Assembly (NCBI GenBank): GCA_964557575.1
Contig: CAZLBC010000001.1
Location: 2,296-66,295, forward strand
Origin: an uncultured Planctomycetaceae bacterium
Lineage (GTDB): Bacteria > Planctomycetota > Phycisphaerae > SM23-33
Length of the DNA: 64,000 bases
Reading direction: 5' to 3'
In this document: in pieces, positions 38,401-47,493 of the stretch
How the letters are laid out: each line of letters begins with the position of its first letter
Position numbering within the stretch: position 1 is the stretch's first letter
Position numbers and translations under genes: made by a program
Notes under the pieces: generated by a model
The model's input: the letters and a program-made list of their open reading frames with translations, nothing else
The model's database searches: none
Told to the model about the DNA's origin: nothing

Positions 38401-39172
38401 CCCGAACGAAATCAAAAAGGTTCAAAACATAATCGTATTCCTCTTCGTGTACGCTTACTCGTGCATACCTGACGTCTGGTGTCCAACAACCTTCAGCCGT
38501 TTCCCAACCGAGGGCTTCCATCGCTCCTTCCGAAAAACCTGAATTTGTCGGGAAAGCGTACGGGTATTCCAGAACACAATCGCCTTCGACCAAGTCTTCC
38601 AACGCCACCCATTCGACGTCAAGCCCTCGAAGAACACGAATACGGTGGTTCGGTCGGCCTTCAAATACGTGTCCGTGTTTTGTAGTCACTTTCTTAGTTG
38701 AAGTCAGTCCTTCGTTGTGATACTCGGAAATCGGACAGTACCCTGACTCAGTCAGAACCTCGACGTTCATCCTGTTATCGACAATATCTTCGATTGGAAT
38801 CATCCCGCGAGACGTCGAGATCAGCGTACCTCTTCGGCTACACTTCCCGATTCCAATTCCGCCATCGATGATCACTTCGTTGATCTGATTCCTCGGGTCG
38901 AACGTCGTCAACAATTCCTTTTGCCATCGCGGCCAGATGTCCACGCCGCCGAGGTAGTACGGATTCGTGATAAACTCGTCGATTCCGACCGGAGGCTCGT
39001 CGTAGTCCATCTGCGTAATAAAATCCCGGGACAGCGACTTGCCGCTGTTCCGCAGCGATTCTTCAATTCCGCGAATCGCCCACGTCTTTTCACTGTCCGA
39101 CAACGAATCGAAAAACCGAAGGACTTCCGAGTCGAGCTTCGCCAGCGCAGCGCGAATTTGGTCGACGTTCAT
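35459..39172 (-). CDS. terL: terminase large subunit containing two inteins
   Basis: Walker A GGIGIGK-[intein]-TFNSM reconstitutes GIGKT. ATPase and nuclease regions are present. Position is upstream of the portal gene. Confidence 0.8.
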   Translation of the reverse strand: MNVDQIRAALAKLDSEVLRFFDSLSDSEKTWAIRGIEESLRNSGKSLSRDFITQMDYDEPPVGIDEFITNPYYLGGVDIWPRWQKELLTTFDPRNQINEVIIDGGIGIGKCSRRGTLISTSRGMIPIEDIVDNRMNVEVLTESGYCPISEYHNEGLTSTKKVTTKHGHVFEGRPNHRIRVLRGLDVEWVALEDLVEGDCVLEYPYAFPTNSGFSEGAMEALGWETAEGCWTPDVRYARVSVHEEEYDYVLNLFDFVREELGIEWVHERSRDARSEFSKEFTIKPRPDSVLREGEGQKSGTRTIPPVVFRSSRAGVCAYLRGLFSGDGYSGDSDCSLTTTSEQLARQVRVLLTSLGMYCSVTSKEAAYTDAGTRYVTGRAYTVRVVGTDSQAKFAAQIGHYHDRKQAALIERASRWNRNCDHSFSFRIPETCVAELRKMQPRHKRGEAPDGYEKRKGPSRLLRRLVKQRATRRLLNEVLDAAGTLPDVLCAIARGHLLFDTVETVDDDHAHCYDLSVEDDPSYVSDGFMSHNTFNSMVMMIFKLYQLSCLRDPAGYHGLSKGSPIVFGIYNATLRLTDVGMSTLLGLLDQSPYFKEKFWYKEQYSELHFPKNIKFMIGSAAFHVLGHNLFCLAIDEMNFHMQTKKQKKAKTLEEKGKVHSLVQQTSRRMESRFATSGMIIHISSTKASNSYLEIRKREVANNRNVHVVGGPQWEFQPKSGRRESGLTFRFVVGNKFVKPHCLDGVENLGFGQFRIKKGGNPPRGVRTIDVPVEDFRAFNEDPIGSLRDIAGIPSEAINPFFPRGQPIIEASVEWENDGEAVLPHPFVAGMGARWDCPMKIDLQRPDRIQDYVLREEFLTVRSSRDVPKRMPHSPRYIHVDISRNGDAVGVAMVHPTKAVSRQVRTDTGHYDRRTELTIEVDFALQITPDTDEVDWEKIRDFILWLKEKNFVLRKVTYDSPAGQGEIQYLKKSRIEAGYLTLDRRPEQYYVFKTILNENRITWPKHEVLEDELLALELTDEDKIDHPPGGCFTGDTRIPLLDGTCRRISELDGWEGWVYSARPDGSIVAGWARGRKTKTTKNLIDVILDNGAVARCTPEHLWMLRDGSYKRAKDLVPVRDRLMPITRQFPRNGGYESRDRYLADETGDNHRVRYVIPVTLDEPVPVYDLEVDEWNNFALSVGVFVHNSKDVSDSVCGAVWNCMQDEQVGTLLTPTVDGAMTYQESTLKKVREMIQNREA
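35618..36088 (-). mobile_element. intein 2 (mini-intein) in terminase C-terminal domain
   Basis: CFTGDTRIPLLDG start, block B CTPEHLWM, ends VGVFVHN|S. 157 aa with no endonuclease domain. Confidence 0.7.
37580..38842 (-). mobile_element. intein 1 (LAGLIDADG-type) in terminase P-loop
   Basis: CSRRGTLIST start, block B TKHGHVF, LAGLIDADG-like AMEALGWETAEG and AYLRGLFSGDGY, ends SHN|T. Confidence 0.7.
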
Positions 39173-39173
39173 G

Positions 39174-40241
39174 TCACTCCCCCAGTTGCTTCCTGCGGAT
39201 AATCTTCTTGAGGTGGCGCGGAACCGGCCATTCGAGAAGCATCGAAACGACTTCGTTTATTTCTTGCCAAGTCGCGTCGGGGAACCGCCGCTTCAACCAC
39301 TTCGTATCCGCGCCCAGCGCAGCGAAAGCCCACACCTTGTCCAACCTCGGAACACCTGTCGGAGAACCGACGACGTCCAAAAGCGTGGCGGGGGTGTGCG
39401 ACCGGCAAACGGCGTTCATCCGAAGACTGTGGTGGATCACGTTCGACACCAAGTTGTTCCGTGTCCTCCATTTCTGGACGCGCTGACATCCGCAACCCAT
39501 GACTCGCGCGATTTCGCCGTCCGACCATCCGTCAGCCCACATCTTACGGAAAAACTTTTCGTCCATCCCGAATTTACGCTGCTTCCCGGTCGGAACGCCT
39601 AATTTTCGAAGCCACCGCTTCAACGTGGACTTCGCGACTCCGACGCGTTCCGCGAGTTCCGCGTCGGACATCATCATTCCGCGATCCAAAACCAGTTTCC
39701 TTACCTGCTGCCCCACGGAAACGAACAAAAAGTCCCGGGCCTGCTGCGGGTCGCGGTTCATCCCGAGTTCGGACCGGAGTTTGACAACCGTCGTCTTGGC
39801 GCGTCCCACGGCTTCCGCCAGTTCCCTGTTGCTCAAATGCGGGTTTTCCGTCAGCACCCGTTGTATCTTGTTCCGCAGACGGGTTCGTGCGGCTTTCGAC
39901 CGTTTCGTCGCGACGCCGAGCTTGCGCCGTATGTACGACATCATATCACGCGACACGCCGAGAACCTCGGCTGCTGTTTTACATTTTGCTTTCGGGTTGT
40001 CCGCCATAAACCGCTTGTACCGCTCGCACAATTCGTCCATCTGCGCCGCCGTTCGTTTCGCCGGGCGTCCGACGCGAATGCGAATGACGGATACGTCGGA
40101 CTGGCTGATCATCAAGGCTTCGGCTATTTCAGGGTTCGGGGCGTCCGGGTGTTCATCCAAATAGTCAACCACCGCCTGCCGAAGTCGTTTCGTTTCCGCT
40201 TTCGTGCGACGTTTCTTCTTCTTCTTCTTCTTGCGCGCCAT
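39174..40241 (-). CDS. DNA-binding protein with five tandem HTH repeats (putative terminase small subunit)
   Basis: AGGAGG RBS. N-terminal poly-Lys from a (AAG)n run. Repeated HTH-like units ending ...RKLG or ...ELG. Located directly upstream of terL. Confidence 0.45.
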   Translation of the reverse strand: MARKKKKKKKRRTKAETKRLRQAVVDYLDEHPDAPNPEIAEALMISQSDVSVIRIRVGRPAKRTAAQMDELCERYKRFMADNPKAKCKTAAEVLGVSRDMMSYIRRKLGVATKRSKAARTRLRNKIQRVLTENPHLSNRELAEAVGRAKTTVVKLRSELGMNRDPQQARDFLFVSVGQQVRKLVLDRGMMMSDAELAERVGVAKSTLKRWLRKLGVPTGKQRKFGMDEKFFRKMWADGWSDGEIARVMGCGCQRVQKWRTRNNLVSNVIHHSLRMNAVCRSHTPATLLDVVGSPTGVPRLDKVWAFAALGADTKWLKRRFPDATWQEINEVVSMLLEWPVPRHLKKIIRRKQLGE

Positions 40242-40959
40242 CTTCCGGGGCCTCCTGCACTGGAACGTCAATGACGGGTCCGTCCGGCCCGGCGGAAACC
40301 AAATCGGACCTACCGGCTCCTTCCAAAGCCTTCCAGAACTCGCGCAACCGGTCCCGGGATCGCGGGGATTCCGGAGGTTCGGGCGCGTCGGGATCGTGTT
40401 CGAATATGTTGATAACCGTGTTTGTCTGGTTGAAAAGCTCGTCGACTCCCTTGTTCCGGTCGACGGACATTTTCTTGACGTAGTCCAACGCTTCGCTCAT
40501 CGACTTTTCCATGATCTGGTAGACCTTGGCGAGATTACTGTCGGACATGTCGGCCAAGCGTGCGGGGTCGAGGAGGAGTTCGCGGATGTCTTCCAGTTGT
40601 TCGTACAGCGTGCCGACGGTTTGGATGCGTCGAACGGCAAACAGGTTCAGCGCGACCCGAAATCGCGCGTCGTGGTCCTTCAACAGGTTGTGAATGACCT
40701 GCTGCGCGATGTTGTCGATCTGGTCGTCGGACAGAATATTGCGAACGACGGTGTCCGTAATGGCGGGCATCGAGTCAGGATCGGACAAGTCAAGGAGATT
40801 CAGGTCTTCGCTCGGCGACACCGCACCGTACTTTTCCTGAAACTCCTCCATCGACATCCCGTGCTTCTGCCGGAGATGCGTGTTCGTGATCCGCTTCATC
40901 GACTGCCCGCATATCGGACACTCAATCAGCCTTCGCGCTTTCTTCTTCTTCTTTGCCAT
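40165..40959 (-). CDS. zinc-finger protein (CPICGQ...HLRQKH)
   Basis: Overlaps both neighbours. Both the 3' end and the start are uncertain. Confidence 0.35.
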   Translation of the reverse strand: MAKKKKKARRLIECPICGQSMKRITNTHLRQKHGMSMEEFQEKYGAVSPSEDLNLLDLSDPDSMPAITDTVVRNILSDDQIDNIAQQVIHNLLKDHDARFRVALNLFAVRRIQTVGTLYEQLEDIRELLLDPARLADMSDSNLAKVYQIMEKSMSEALDYVKKMSVDRNKGVDELFNQTNTVINIFEHDPDAPEPPESPRSRDRLREFWKALEGAGRSDLVSAGPDGPVIDVPVQEAPEDGAQEEEEEETSHESGNETTSAGGG

Positions 40960-41476
40960 GTTTCCAACCGAAATTCATCGACTTTTCAAGGTGCGCCACC
41001 CGCCGCCGGATTTCCCGGTCGTCGACTCCGCTCCGCTCGGCGAGAACGCCGACGGGAACTCCCCTATGGTATTCCTTCAGAATGTCGACATTCCGGATCG
41101 CGGCTTTCACCGCACCGATAGTCGGAAACTTGACGGAAAGTCCGCCGAAAATTTCAATGATCCGAAGGAATTTCTCAGGGCCGATGATTTGGAGGATTTC
41201 CGGACAAAGATCGAACGGATCAATTCCGACAAGGGCCAATGACAAAGACTCGCCGTCGATAGTCGGCGAGTCTTTGTCTTGGTTCCCGGAACGGAACACG
41301 GCTTCCGCGACTTGTGTCAGCTTCACCGCTCGCGATCCGTCGATTTCATGTACGTGCGCCATGTTCGCGGAATCCGGCTTCGACCCGGATTCCAAGTGCG
41401 CCATCGCTTCGTTCAATGCTTCACGAAACTGGCCGCCATGGCGTATTTCGAGGGTTTCACGCGATTTTTCCACCAT
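40922..41476 (-). CDS. Mor-like transcriptional activator
   Basis: ILQIIGPEKFLRIIEIFGGLSVKFP matches the Mor-family core; a C-terminal HTH follows. Start uncertain. Confidence 0.45.
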   Translation of the reverse strand: MVEKSRETLEIRHGGQFREALNEAMAHLESGSKPDSANMAHVHEIDGSRAVKLTQVAEAVFRSGNQDKDSPTIDGESLSLALVGIDPFDLCPEILQIIGPEKFLRIIEIFGGLSVKFPTIGAVKAAIRNVDILKEYHRGVPVGVLAERSGVDDREIRRRVAHLEKSMNFGWKHGKEEEESAKAD

Positions 41477-41564
41477 ATCGTACGCCCGCCCACAAGGGAA
41501 ACAACGGGTCGATGATACAGGCGCAGGGTGGTCCTATGCAAGTAAATTTCAGAACCGCGCGGCA

Positions 41565-44033
41565 TCAGACCGTTTCGTACGAAGTGATCCCGTCTTCCTT
41601 CACGGCTTTTAGGACGGTGTGAGGGCCGATGATCGCCACGTCTCCCCGGTGCGTGATCAAGATTTTCGTACTGACCGACACATCGCGCAGGAGAAGCTGC
41701 ACAACGCGACTCGCAGCCTCTCCGTCGAGGTTTGACAGGATTTCATCGTAGGCTTCCACGTTGGGCTGCACCGTGCTGGCAGACCGGTTGAGGTCCCGGA
41801 AGGCCAAAAACAGCGCGACGTCGACTTTTCTCCGCTCTCCGCCGCTGGACGCGTCGTAGGAGCCTCCGGCCGTTGAAACGTACAGCGTGATCTTGTCGAT
41901 CAGGTTCTTGTCCTTTTTCTGCCGCACCGGGGACAGCGAAATCTGCGTATGCACGTCGAAAAGGTACGCACAGTGAGCTTTCAACCGCTCGTTCAGGTAT
42001 TGCAACACCGAATCCATCATGAACGACCGGATTCCGGCCAATCCGAAGGACTTCACCACGTATTCGAGGACGTACGCTCGGTCCGTGGCCTCTTTCACCT
42101 TCTCACGGCGGACCGCCACCAGCGAATCGATCTGCTTTATCTGGTTTTCGATCGATTTCACCGTCACGTACGGGTCGGACTCCCGGAGCGTCTTCAACGC
42201 ACCCTCCGTGCGAACGATTTCCGTCGCCAAGTCGCCGGAAACCCGGCGTTTATCCGCCAAAACGGCATCGATGTCGTTCCGATACTTGTCCCGGATTTTG
42301 TACACCTCGCGCAACGACGTTTCAGCGGCGTCCACCTGCGCCTTCGCTTCGGAAACGCTCGTCGCCGACCGGGATTCGAACTCCTCGACCTCCTGATCAT
42401 GGACCGCTTGGACGCGCGCCCGTTCCGCGTCCGCCGCGCCTTGCTCATACGACCGCTTCTGCTGCAAATGGCCTATGCGCCGGTCGATCTCGTCAAGTCC
42501 TTCCGGCTGGCTGTCGGACAAGCGCGCGAGTTCTTCGTTGGCGGCCGCCGTTTCCTGGTCGCGCGCCGCTGTCAACGCGTTGATCGCGTCCACGACGGAA
42601 TTGCGCTCTTCGTGCAGCTTCGCTCGCTCGTCGTTGTGCGCCGCGACGAGCTTTTCGTCTTCGGCGATGGCGGTCTTCGCGGCCTCGATCCTGTTCACGA
42701 TCTCGCAACGCGCCTCGTCCGGGTTCAGCATCTCCGAAATATGCTGACGCATGGACTGAGCCGAAACGACGCCGCCGCACGTCGGACACTTGGAACCCGG
42801 TTCCAGCGTCATCTCCTCGATACGACGATCAAGCGTCGCCAGATCGCTTTCAGCGGCTTGTAAACGGCCTCTGACGGTCATATCGGGTTGGCGCGGGGTC
42901 CAAGCCCGGAGTTGAGCGTCCAACGCGCTGATCCGTTCGTTGTGCGGAGCGACGGATTCGGTTAAATCCGTGTTCGCCTTCGCTATCCGCGCCCGGATTT
43001 CCTCCGCCTTTTGATTGTGCGCCGAGATCGCGGCGTTCCGCATTGCGTTGTCGTTCGCGATCTCGGCGTCAATCGCGGAAACCTTCGACTGAAGCGTGGA
43101 AACGGCCTCGGTCATGTGTCGCCGCTGGTTTTCCATGAGCGCGTTTCGTTGCGCGTTCACCTGATCCTCGACCGTTTGCAAATTTTGCTTCAAGCCTTGG
43201 ATATGCGTGTTCCACCCGTCGATCTGACTATCGTACTGACCGATGTTCGCCGCCTTCTGCTTCTCGGTTTCGGCGATTTCCCTCGACAAGGCGTCGAAGC
43301 CGGTCTGGCGCGTTTGCAGCAACTCGGAAAGACGCGCGATTTCCGTGTCGATCGACGTTTTCTTGAAGTCCGCGTCGACATTTTCCGCTGAAAGCGTGAT
43401 GTTCAACTCCGCCTTCTGATCCTCCAAAGCGACAATGGCGGATTCTTCCTGCGCTACAGCGGCTTTTACGGCGTTCAACCGGTGCTTGGCCTCGTCGTGA
43501 GCTTCCGCGAAGACGTTCGCTCCGATAAGCCCCTCGATGAACTCCTTCAGTTCCCGATCCGACATGTCCGTGTACCGGAATTGGAATCCCTGCCCGATCA
43601 AAACGAGCCGGGCGAACGCGTCGGCGTCCATTCCGAGTTCCCGCGTCACGACGTTCTGCGTAACGCGCGGGTCGGTTCCGGAAATGTCGGTCCCGTCCAG
43701 CACGGCGATGAACGCATGCTTGTGCTCCTTGTGCTTGCGATACCGGTCCACGACGAGTTCGCCGTTGGCGACCTGCACGACAACGCGGACGTGGCAGTTC
43801 TTCTTGGTCTTCTTGTTGACGACGTTGTCGACGTACCGAACTCCGCGCAGCGTCTTTCCGTAAAGACACCAATACAACGCCTCAATCATGGCGGACTTGC
43901 CGGAACCGTTGGACTCCGCGCTCGGATCGTCCCGATTCTCGCCGGTCACGACAAGCAGTCCCCGGTTTTCGACGTCGAGGTCCATCGACCCGATGGACAT
44001 GAAATTTTCAGCTTGGATTCTTTTGAATTTCAT
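41565..44033 (-). CDS. sbcC: SbcC/Rad50-like recombination ATPase
   Basis: N-terminal Walker A NGSGKSAMIEAL, a long coiled coil, zinc hook CPTCGG, and C-terminal SGGERRKV with Walker B ILITH. Confidence 0.75.
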   Translation of the reverse strand: MKFKRIQAENFMSIGSMDLDVENRGLLVVTGENRDDPSAESNGSGKSAMIEALYWCLYGKTLRGVRYVDNVVNKKTKKNCHVRVVVQVANGELVVDRYRKHKEHKHAFIAVLDGTDISGTDPRVTQNVVTRELGMDADAFARLVLIGQGFQFRYTDMSDRELKEFIEGLIGANVFAEAHDEAKHRLNAVKAAVAQEESAIVALEDQKAELNITLSAENVDADFKKTSIDTEIARLSELLQTRQTGFDALSREIAETEKQKAANIGQYDSQIDGWNTHIQGLKQNLQTVEDQVNAQRNALMENQRRHMTEAVSTLQSKVSAIDAEIANDNAMRNAAISAHNQKAEEIRARIAKANTDLTESVAPHNERISALDAQLRAWTPRQPDMTVRGRLQAAESDLATLDRRIEEMTLEPGSKCPTCGGVVSAQSMRQHISEMLNPDEARCEIVNRIEAAKTAIAEDEKLVAAHNDERAKLHEERNSVVDAINALTAARDQETAAANEELARLSDSQPEGLDEIDRRIGHLQQKRSYEQGAADAERARVQAVHDQEVEEFESRSATSVSEAKAQVDAAETSLREVYKIRDKYRNDIDAVLADKRRVSGDLATEIVRTEGALKTLRESDPYVTVKSIENQIKQIDSLVAVRREKVKEATDRAYVLEYVVKSFGLAGIRSFMMDSVLQYLNERLKAHCAYLFDVHTQISLSPVRQKKDKNLIDKITLYVSTAGGSYDASSGGERRKVDVALFLAFRDLNRSASTVQPNVEAYDEILSNLDGEAASRVVQLLLRDVSVSTKILITHRGDVAIIGPHTVLKAVKEDGITSYETV

Positions 44034-44410
44034 TCGGTATCGTCTTCCGTGTAATCGAAAACAACGCTTTTGTGTTCAAACCACCGCTTCACGAAATCGC
44101 GGATCGCCGCGTCTCTGTCGGGGTCCCTGAAACAGTCCAAAATCCCCTCGCGGAACCGCTGGTTCGGAAGCTCGGCCAAGAACATGTGAAACAGCGGAAG
44201 CGCGATCCGACCGTGCATCGCCTCGGCCATGGCGCGCTCGACCTTTACTTGTTCCTGTATCCCGGAAACGATCGATCGCGCCTGCGGACTTTCCGGGTCG
44301 CCGACGGCCTTGCGAAGAAACCGAACGATGTTCGGACACTTCGCTTCGACGTCGCGGACCTGCTCCGGCGTGATCGGATCGGGTACATCGGGATGCTTCT
44401 CATTCACCAT
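44030..44410 (-). CDS. hypothetical protein
   Basis: GAGGAAGG RBS. ATGA coupled. Confidence 0.5.
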   Translation of the reverse strand: MVNEKHPDVPDPITPEQVRDVEAKCPNIVRFLRKAVGDPESPQARSIVSGIQEQVKVERAMAEAMHGRIALPLFHMFLAELPNQRFREGILDCFRDPDRDAAIRDFVKRWFEHKSVVFDYTEDDTE

Positions 44411-45482
44411 GCGGACGCACCTTCCTCAAAATGTCCAACCCTTCCGCCTCGACGGCTTTCGCCAGCCGGACCGGAGGGACCTGCCGCGTGTACTCCCGGA
44501 ACGCGTCCTCGGGAGACGTGTGCGCGTTGATGTCGCTCCGGTTGACGACGTCGGGCGGATCGTCCGGAACCACGGTGACCTTCATGCCCTTCGGAACGCG
44601 ACGTCCGTCCAGCTTGTCGCCTTCCGCCGACGGAAGATACGTCCGCACGTTCCACCGGTCGACCGGGATGTCGCAAACGTCCCGGAGCCGCTTCATTTCG
44701 TCCTCGGCTTGCACGTGCGTGTCAGCCTGTATGGTGTGGACCGGGCGCGCCGCCGGGTTGGAAATCCATTTGAAATCCTGCAGGACGGGCAGCCGGGGTT
44801 CGGGCAGGTCGAGGAGCACCGCTCCGCGCGGGCAATCGACGATGTGGTCCTTGTACGTGTGGTACAAGCACGAACCGACGACCAAGCTGTGCCCGACGAC
44901 CTGCGGATGATGGTAGTGACCGCCGACGTAATAGATCGCGTCCTCGTTCCCGATTCCGGGGCCGAACGTGTTGTCGACGCCGCGCTCCTCGATCAGACCG
45001 CCGGGTTCATACATCGCTCCGGAGACCTCAAGGTGTCCCACCATGAAGCTCGCGTCCGGGTCGGAAGTGTACCCGACTTCGTTGAACGGGATCACGCGAA
45101 TCTTCACGCCGCCGATTTCCACCGTCGTTTCCTTGTTGATGACGCGCATCTTGTCGTTGGGAAACACGTCGGAAATCACTTCGACGGAAGTCCACAGACC
45201 GCCCTTCTTGAACATGTCGTGGTTTCCGGGGATGGCGTACACCGGAGCGTCGGACGTCGTGACCAAATGCCGGAATCCGGACTTGACCGCGTGAATGCTC
45301 GGCGTGTCGACCGACTTCTGGAAGTGGAACACGTCGCCGAGAAAGAACACGGCGTCAACGTTTTCGGCATTCGCGCGATCCGCGACAAACTCGAACGTTC
45401 CCTTGATCTGATCCAGAAAGCTCATGCCGAAAAGGCCGTGCTTGATGGTCGCGTGCAAGTCGGTGAAGAACAGTATTTTCAT
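44400..45482 (-). CDS. sbcD: SbcD/Mre11-like nuclease
   Basis: Calcineurin-like phosphoesterase motifs: ILFFTDLH, FLGDVFH, GNHD, GHYHH. Confidence 0.75.
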   Translation of the reverse strand: MKILFFTDLHATIKHGLFGMSFLDQIKGTFEFVADRANAENVDAVFFLGDVFHFQKSVDTPSIHAVKSGFRHLVTTSDAPVYAIPGNHDMFKKGGLWTSVEVISDVFPNDKMRVINKETTVEIGGVKIRVIPFNEVGYTSDPDASFMVGHLEVSGAMYEPGGLIEERGVDNTFGPGIGNEDAIYYVGGHYHHPQVVGHSLVVGSCLYHTYKDHIVDCPRGAVLLDLPEPRLPVLQDFKWISNPAARPVHTIQADTHVQAEDEMKRLRDVCDIPVDRWNVRTYLPSAEGDKLDGRRVPKGMKVTVVPDDPPDVVNRSDINAHTSPEDAFREYTRQVPPVRLAKAVEAEGLDILRKVRPHGE

Positions 45483-45703
45483 TCGGAGTCTTCCTTTTCA
45501 GTTTCATTCCGCAGTTCGGCGCAGCGTGAACACACAAGGTTTCCGTTCGCGTCTTCCTCGGCGCACGCGTCGCAAATCGTCGCGCCGCATTCGCACTCCG
45601 TGATGTCGCCTTTGTACACGACTGCGCCGCAACCGACACACTCGGCGTCATCCGGCCCGATGTCATGCGGGTTCGGTTCGATGTAATCATCAGGATACGT
45701 CAT
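45479..45703 (-). CDS. Cys-rich small protein
   Basis: Trimmed to ATG 7 nt after GGAGG. Eight Cys in 74 aa. Confidence 0.5.
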   Translation of the reverse strand: MTYPDDYIEPNPHDIGPDDAECVGCGAVVYKGDITECECGATICDACAEEDANGNLVCSRCAELRNETEKEDSE

Positions 45704-46424
45704 CTTCACGCCTCCACTCAAAATGATGAAACATTCCGCCGTCCTGCTTGTGCTGGCGGAGCTTCGCCGCGACTTGCCTGCCCAAACCCGTCAGCTTGAA
45801 CACCGGGTTGACCCCGGTTCCATCCCATATCAAGAGACCTTCGGCCTCGGCGTCCTTGCAACAGGACCAGTCGTCGTGACCGTACAAATCGATCGACGAC
45901 GCGCCGCCTTGTCCCTCGAGACGCGTCGGATGCTCTTTGTCCCCGCAACGCGCCGTCGGGATTCCGGCCCCGTGGCAGGTGTTCCGCATGTGCTGCGGAT
46001 TGGCGACGCCCCCGTAATCGACGACCCGGGTCTCGATGTACGCGAATGTCGACCAGTGGTCTTTTCCCCACATCTCGACCGGAATCTGCGTGAATCCGCT
46101 GGCGAGGCGTCGAAAGCGGCCGTCGACACCGTACCCGTAACCGACGGGAACCTTGATGTAATCCCGGTGGTCCACGCGGTCGACAAAAACAACCGGCGCG
46201 CCACAGGACGGACACGGCTTCCCGCTCGCGAAACGCGAATACGCTCCGCGCGTCGGCGCGTCGGCGGACCGAGTGAGCTTCCGGCCGCAAAGCGTGCATT
46301 TATAGTGCGCCATCTCCGCGCGGCCGTAAAGCCGGATGCGCTTCATCTTCGGCTTGGGAAGCCGCCAGTTGGCCGGTTCCGCCGTTTTCAACTGAAACGT
46401 CCCGGTTTCGCTCTTGTCGCGCAT
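45690..46424 (-). CDS. hypothetical protein with zinc-ribbon motifs
   Basis: GGAGGA RBS; ATG one codon after GTG. Contains CTLCGRK...CPSCG. Confidence 0.5.
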   Translation of the reverse strand: MRDKSETGTFQLKTAEPANWRLPKPKMKRIRLYGRAEMAHYKCTLCGRKLTRSADAPTRGAYSRFASGKPCPSCGAPVVFVDRVDHRDYIKVPVGYGYGVDGRFRRLASGFTQIPVEMWGKDHWSTFAYIETRVVDYGGVANPQHMRNTCHGAGIPTARCGDKEHPTRLEGQGGASSIDLYGHDDWSCCKDAEAEGLLIWDGTGVNPVFKLTGLGRQVAAKLRQHKQDGGMFHHFEWRREDDVS

Positions 46425-46702
46425 CACGTGTCCTCCGGTCCCATCGGGGTTCCAACGGGAGGGAACCCCAATTCCTCTTGTACGTCAACGACATTCTTCG
46501 CAATCCGCTGAAGAAGGGTTTGCCCGCACGCCGAACAGTACACTTCATACTGTTCAACATCTTTTCCCTTGATCCGCCCCACGCTCTTGACCTTGAGCCG
46601 GTGTTCCCGGATCGCGCAACCGCACACGCCGCAGGCTTTTCGCATCTGCGCGGTTACCGGCTCGACGCTGGCCAAAAATCCTTTCGGGAACTCAAGCGAC
46701 AT
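46424..46702 (-). CDS. zinc-ribbon protein
   Basis: CGVCGC...CSACG. GGAG RBS. Confidence 0.5.
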   Translation of the reverse strand: MSLEFPKGFLASVEPVTAQMRKACGVCGCAIREHRLKVKSVGRIKGKDVEQYEVYCSACGQTLLQRIAKNVVDVQEELGFPPVGTPMGPEDT

Positions 46703-46703
46703 G

Positions 46704-47336
46704 TCAACTCCACAAAAGCTCTTTCATCGTGTGCCACTTCTTCTCGATCGCTTCCAATTCTTCGACGCGCGCCTTCAACTGATCGGCTTCCGCGAGTTTC
46801 CGCTGTTGGGCCGCCGTTGCGCCCTTGACGAACTCCTGCGCCTCGGCGAGCGCGGCCTTCGACTGGTCCAACTCTTCCCGCAACTCAGCGTTTTCCGCGT
46901 AAAGCGTGTTCAAAGACGACATCAAGTGGTCGATCACGGAAAGTTCCGCCGCGTTGTCGACGCCCTTATCGGATTCCGCGCTTTCAAGGAACCGGTTCGC
47001 CTTGTTCATCGCCCTGTTCATCGCGCGGTACTGGCGAAGGTCCCGCGTGTCCCGGAGATTGAATTTACGTGCGACGTAATTCAACGTCCCGAGCGTGTCC
47101 ATGCGCGGATCGCACACGATGGAATCGTCGCCGTTGTCTTTGGCCCCGGGGCCATGGTCGCTCACGCGGATCGAAAACAACAGGGTTCCGTTGTCCGTGT
47201 ACGCATGAAGATATATCGATCCGCGTTCGGAACGATGCTCCGTGCATTCCATCTTCCACACGTACTTAATGTACTCGCGGCACTTGTCCGCCGCTGCTTC
47301 AACTTGCTCTTGGGTCGGCTTGTCGTGTACGCTCAT
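46704..47336 (-). CDS. hypothetical coiled-coil protein
   Basis: Trimmed to Met6 behind GGAGGAC. Motif 2 lies upstream. Confidence 0.55.
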   Translation of the reverse strand: MSVHDKPTQEQVEAAADKCREYIKYVWKMECTEHRSERGSIYLHAYTDNGTLLFSIRVSDHGPGAKDNGDDSIVCDPRMDTLGTLNYVARKFNLRDTRDLRQYRAMNRAMNKANRFLESAESDKGVDNAAELSVIDHLMSSLNTLYAENAELREELDQSKAALAEAQEFVKGATAAQQRKLAEADQLKARVEELEAIEKKWHTMKELLWS

Positions 47337-47349
47337 AAAAATGTCCTCC

Positions 47350-47372
47350 ACCCGGTATATCGGGTAGAGGAC
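47350..47372 (-). promoter_or_regulatory. variant motif CCGATATACCGGGTGGAGGAC
   Basis: See 7843. Confidence 0.35.
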
Positions 47373-47403
47373 GGCGATTCATGAGGATAATTTTGAATTT
47401 TAT

Positions 47404-47491
47404 GGCGGAATGCGGAGGACACGATCCTCAGTCGCCCTGCGACCCAACGGGTTAGCAACCCGCGCCAGCACGCCTGTCTGATTCGCATTCC
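47404..47491 (-). tRNA. tRNA-Ser (anticodon GCU), class II
   Basis: Acceptor GGAATGC/GCATTCC, G73 and encoded CCA. Anticodon loop UUGCUAA, long variable arm GTCGC-AGG-GCGAC. T-loop is unusual (AUCGUGU). Confidence 0.6.
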
Positions 47492-47493
47492 GA

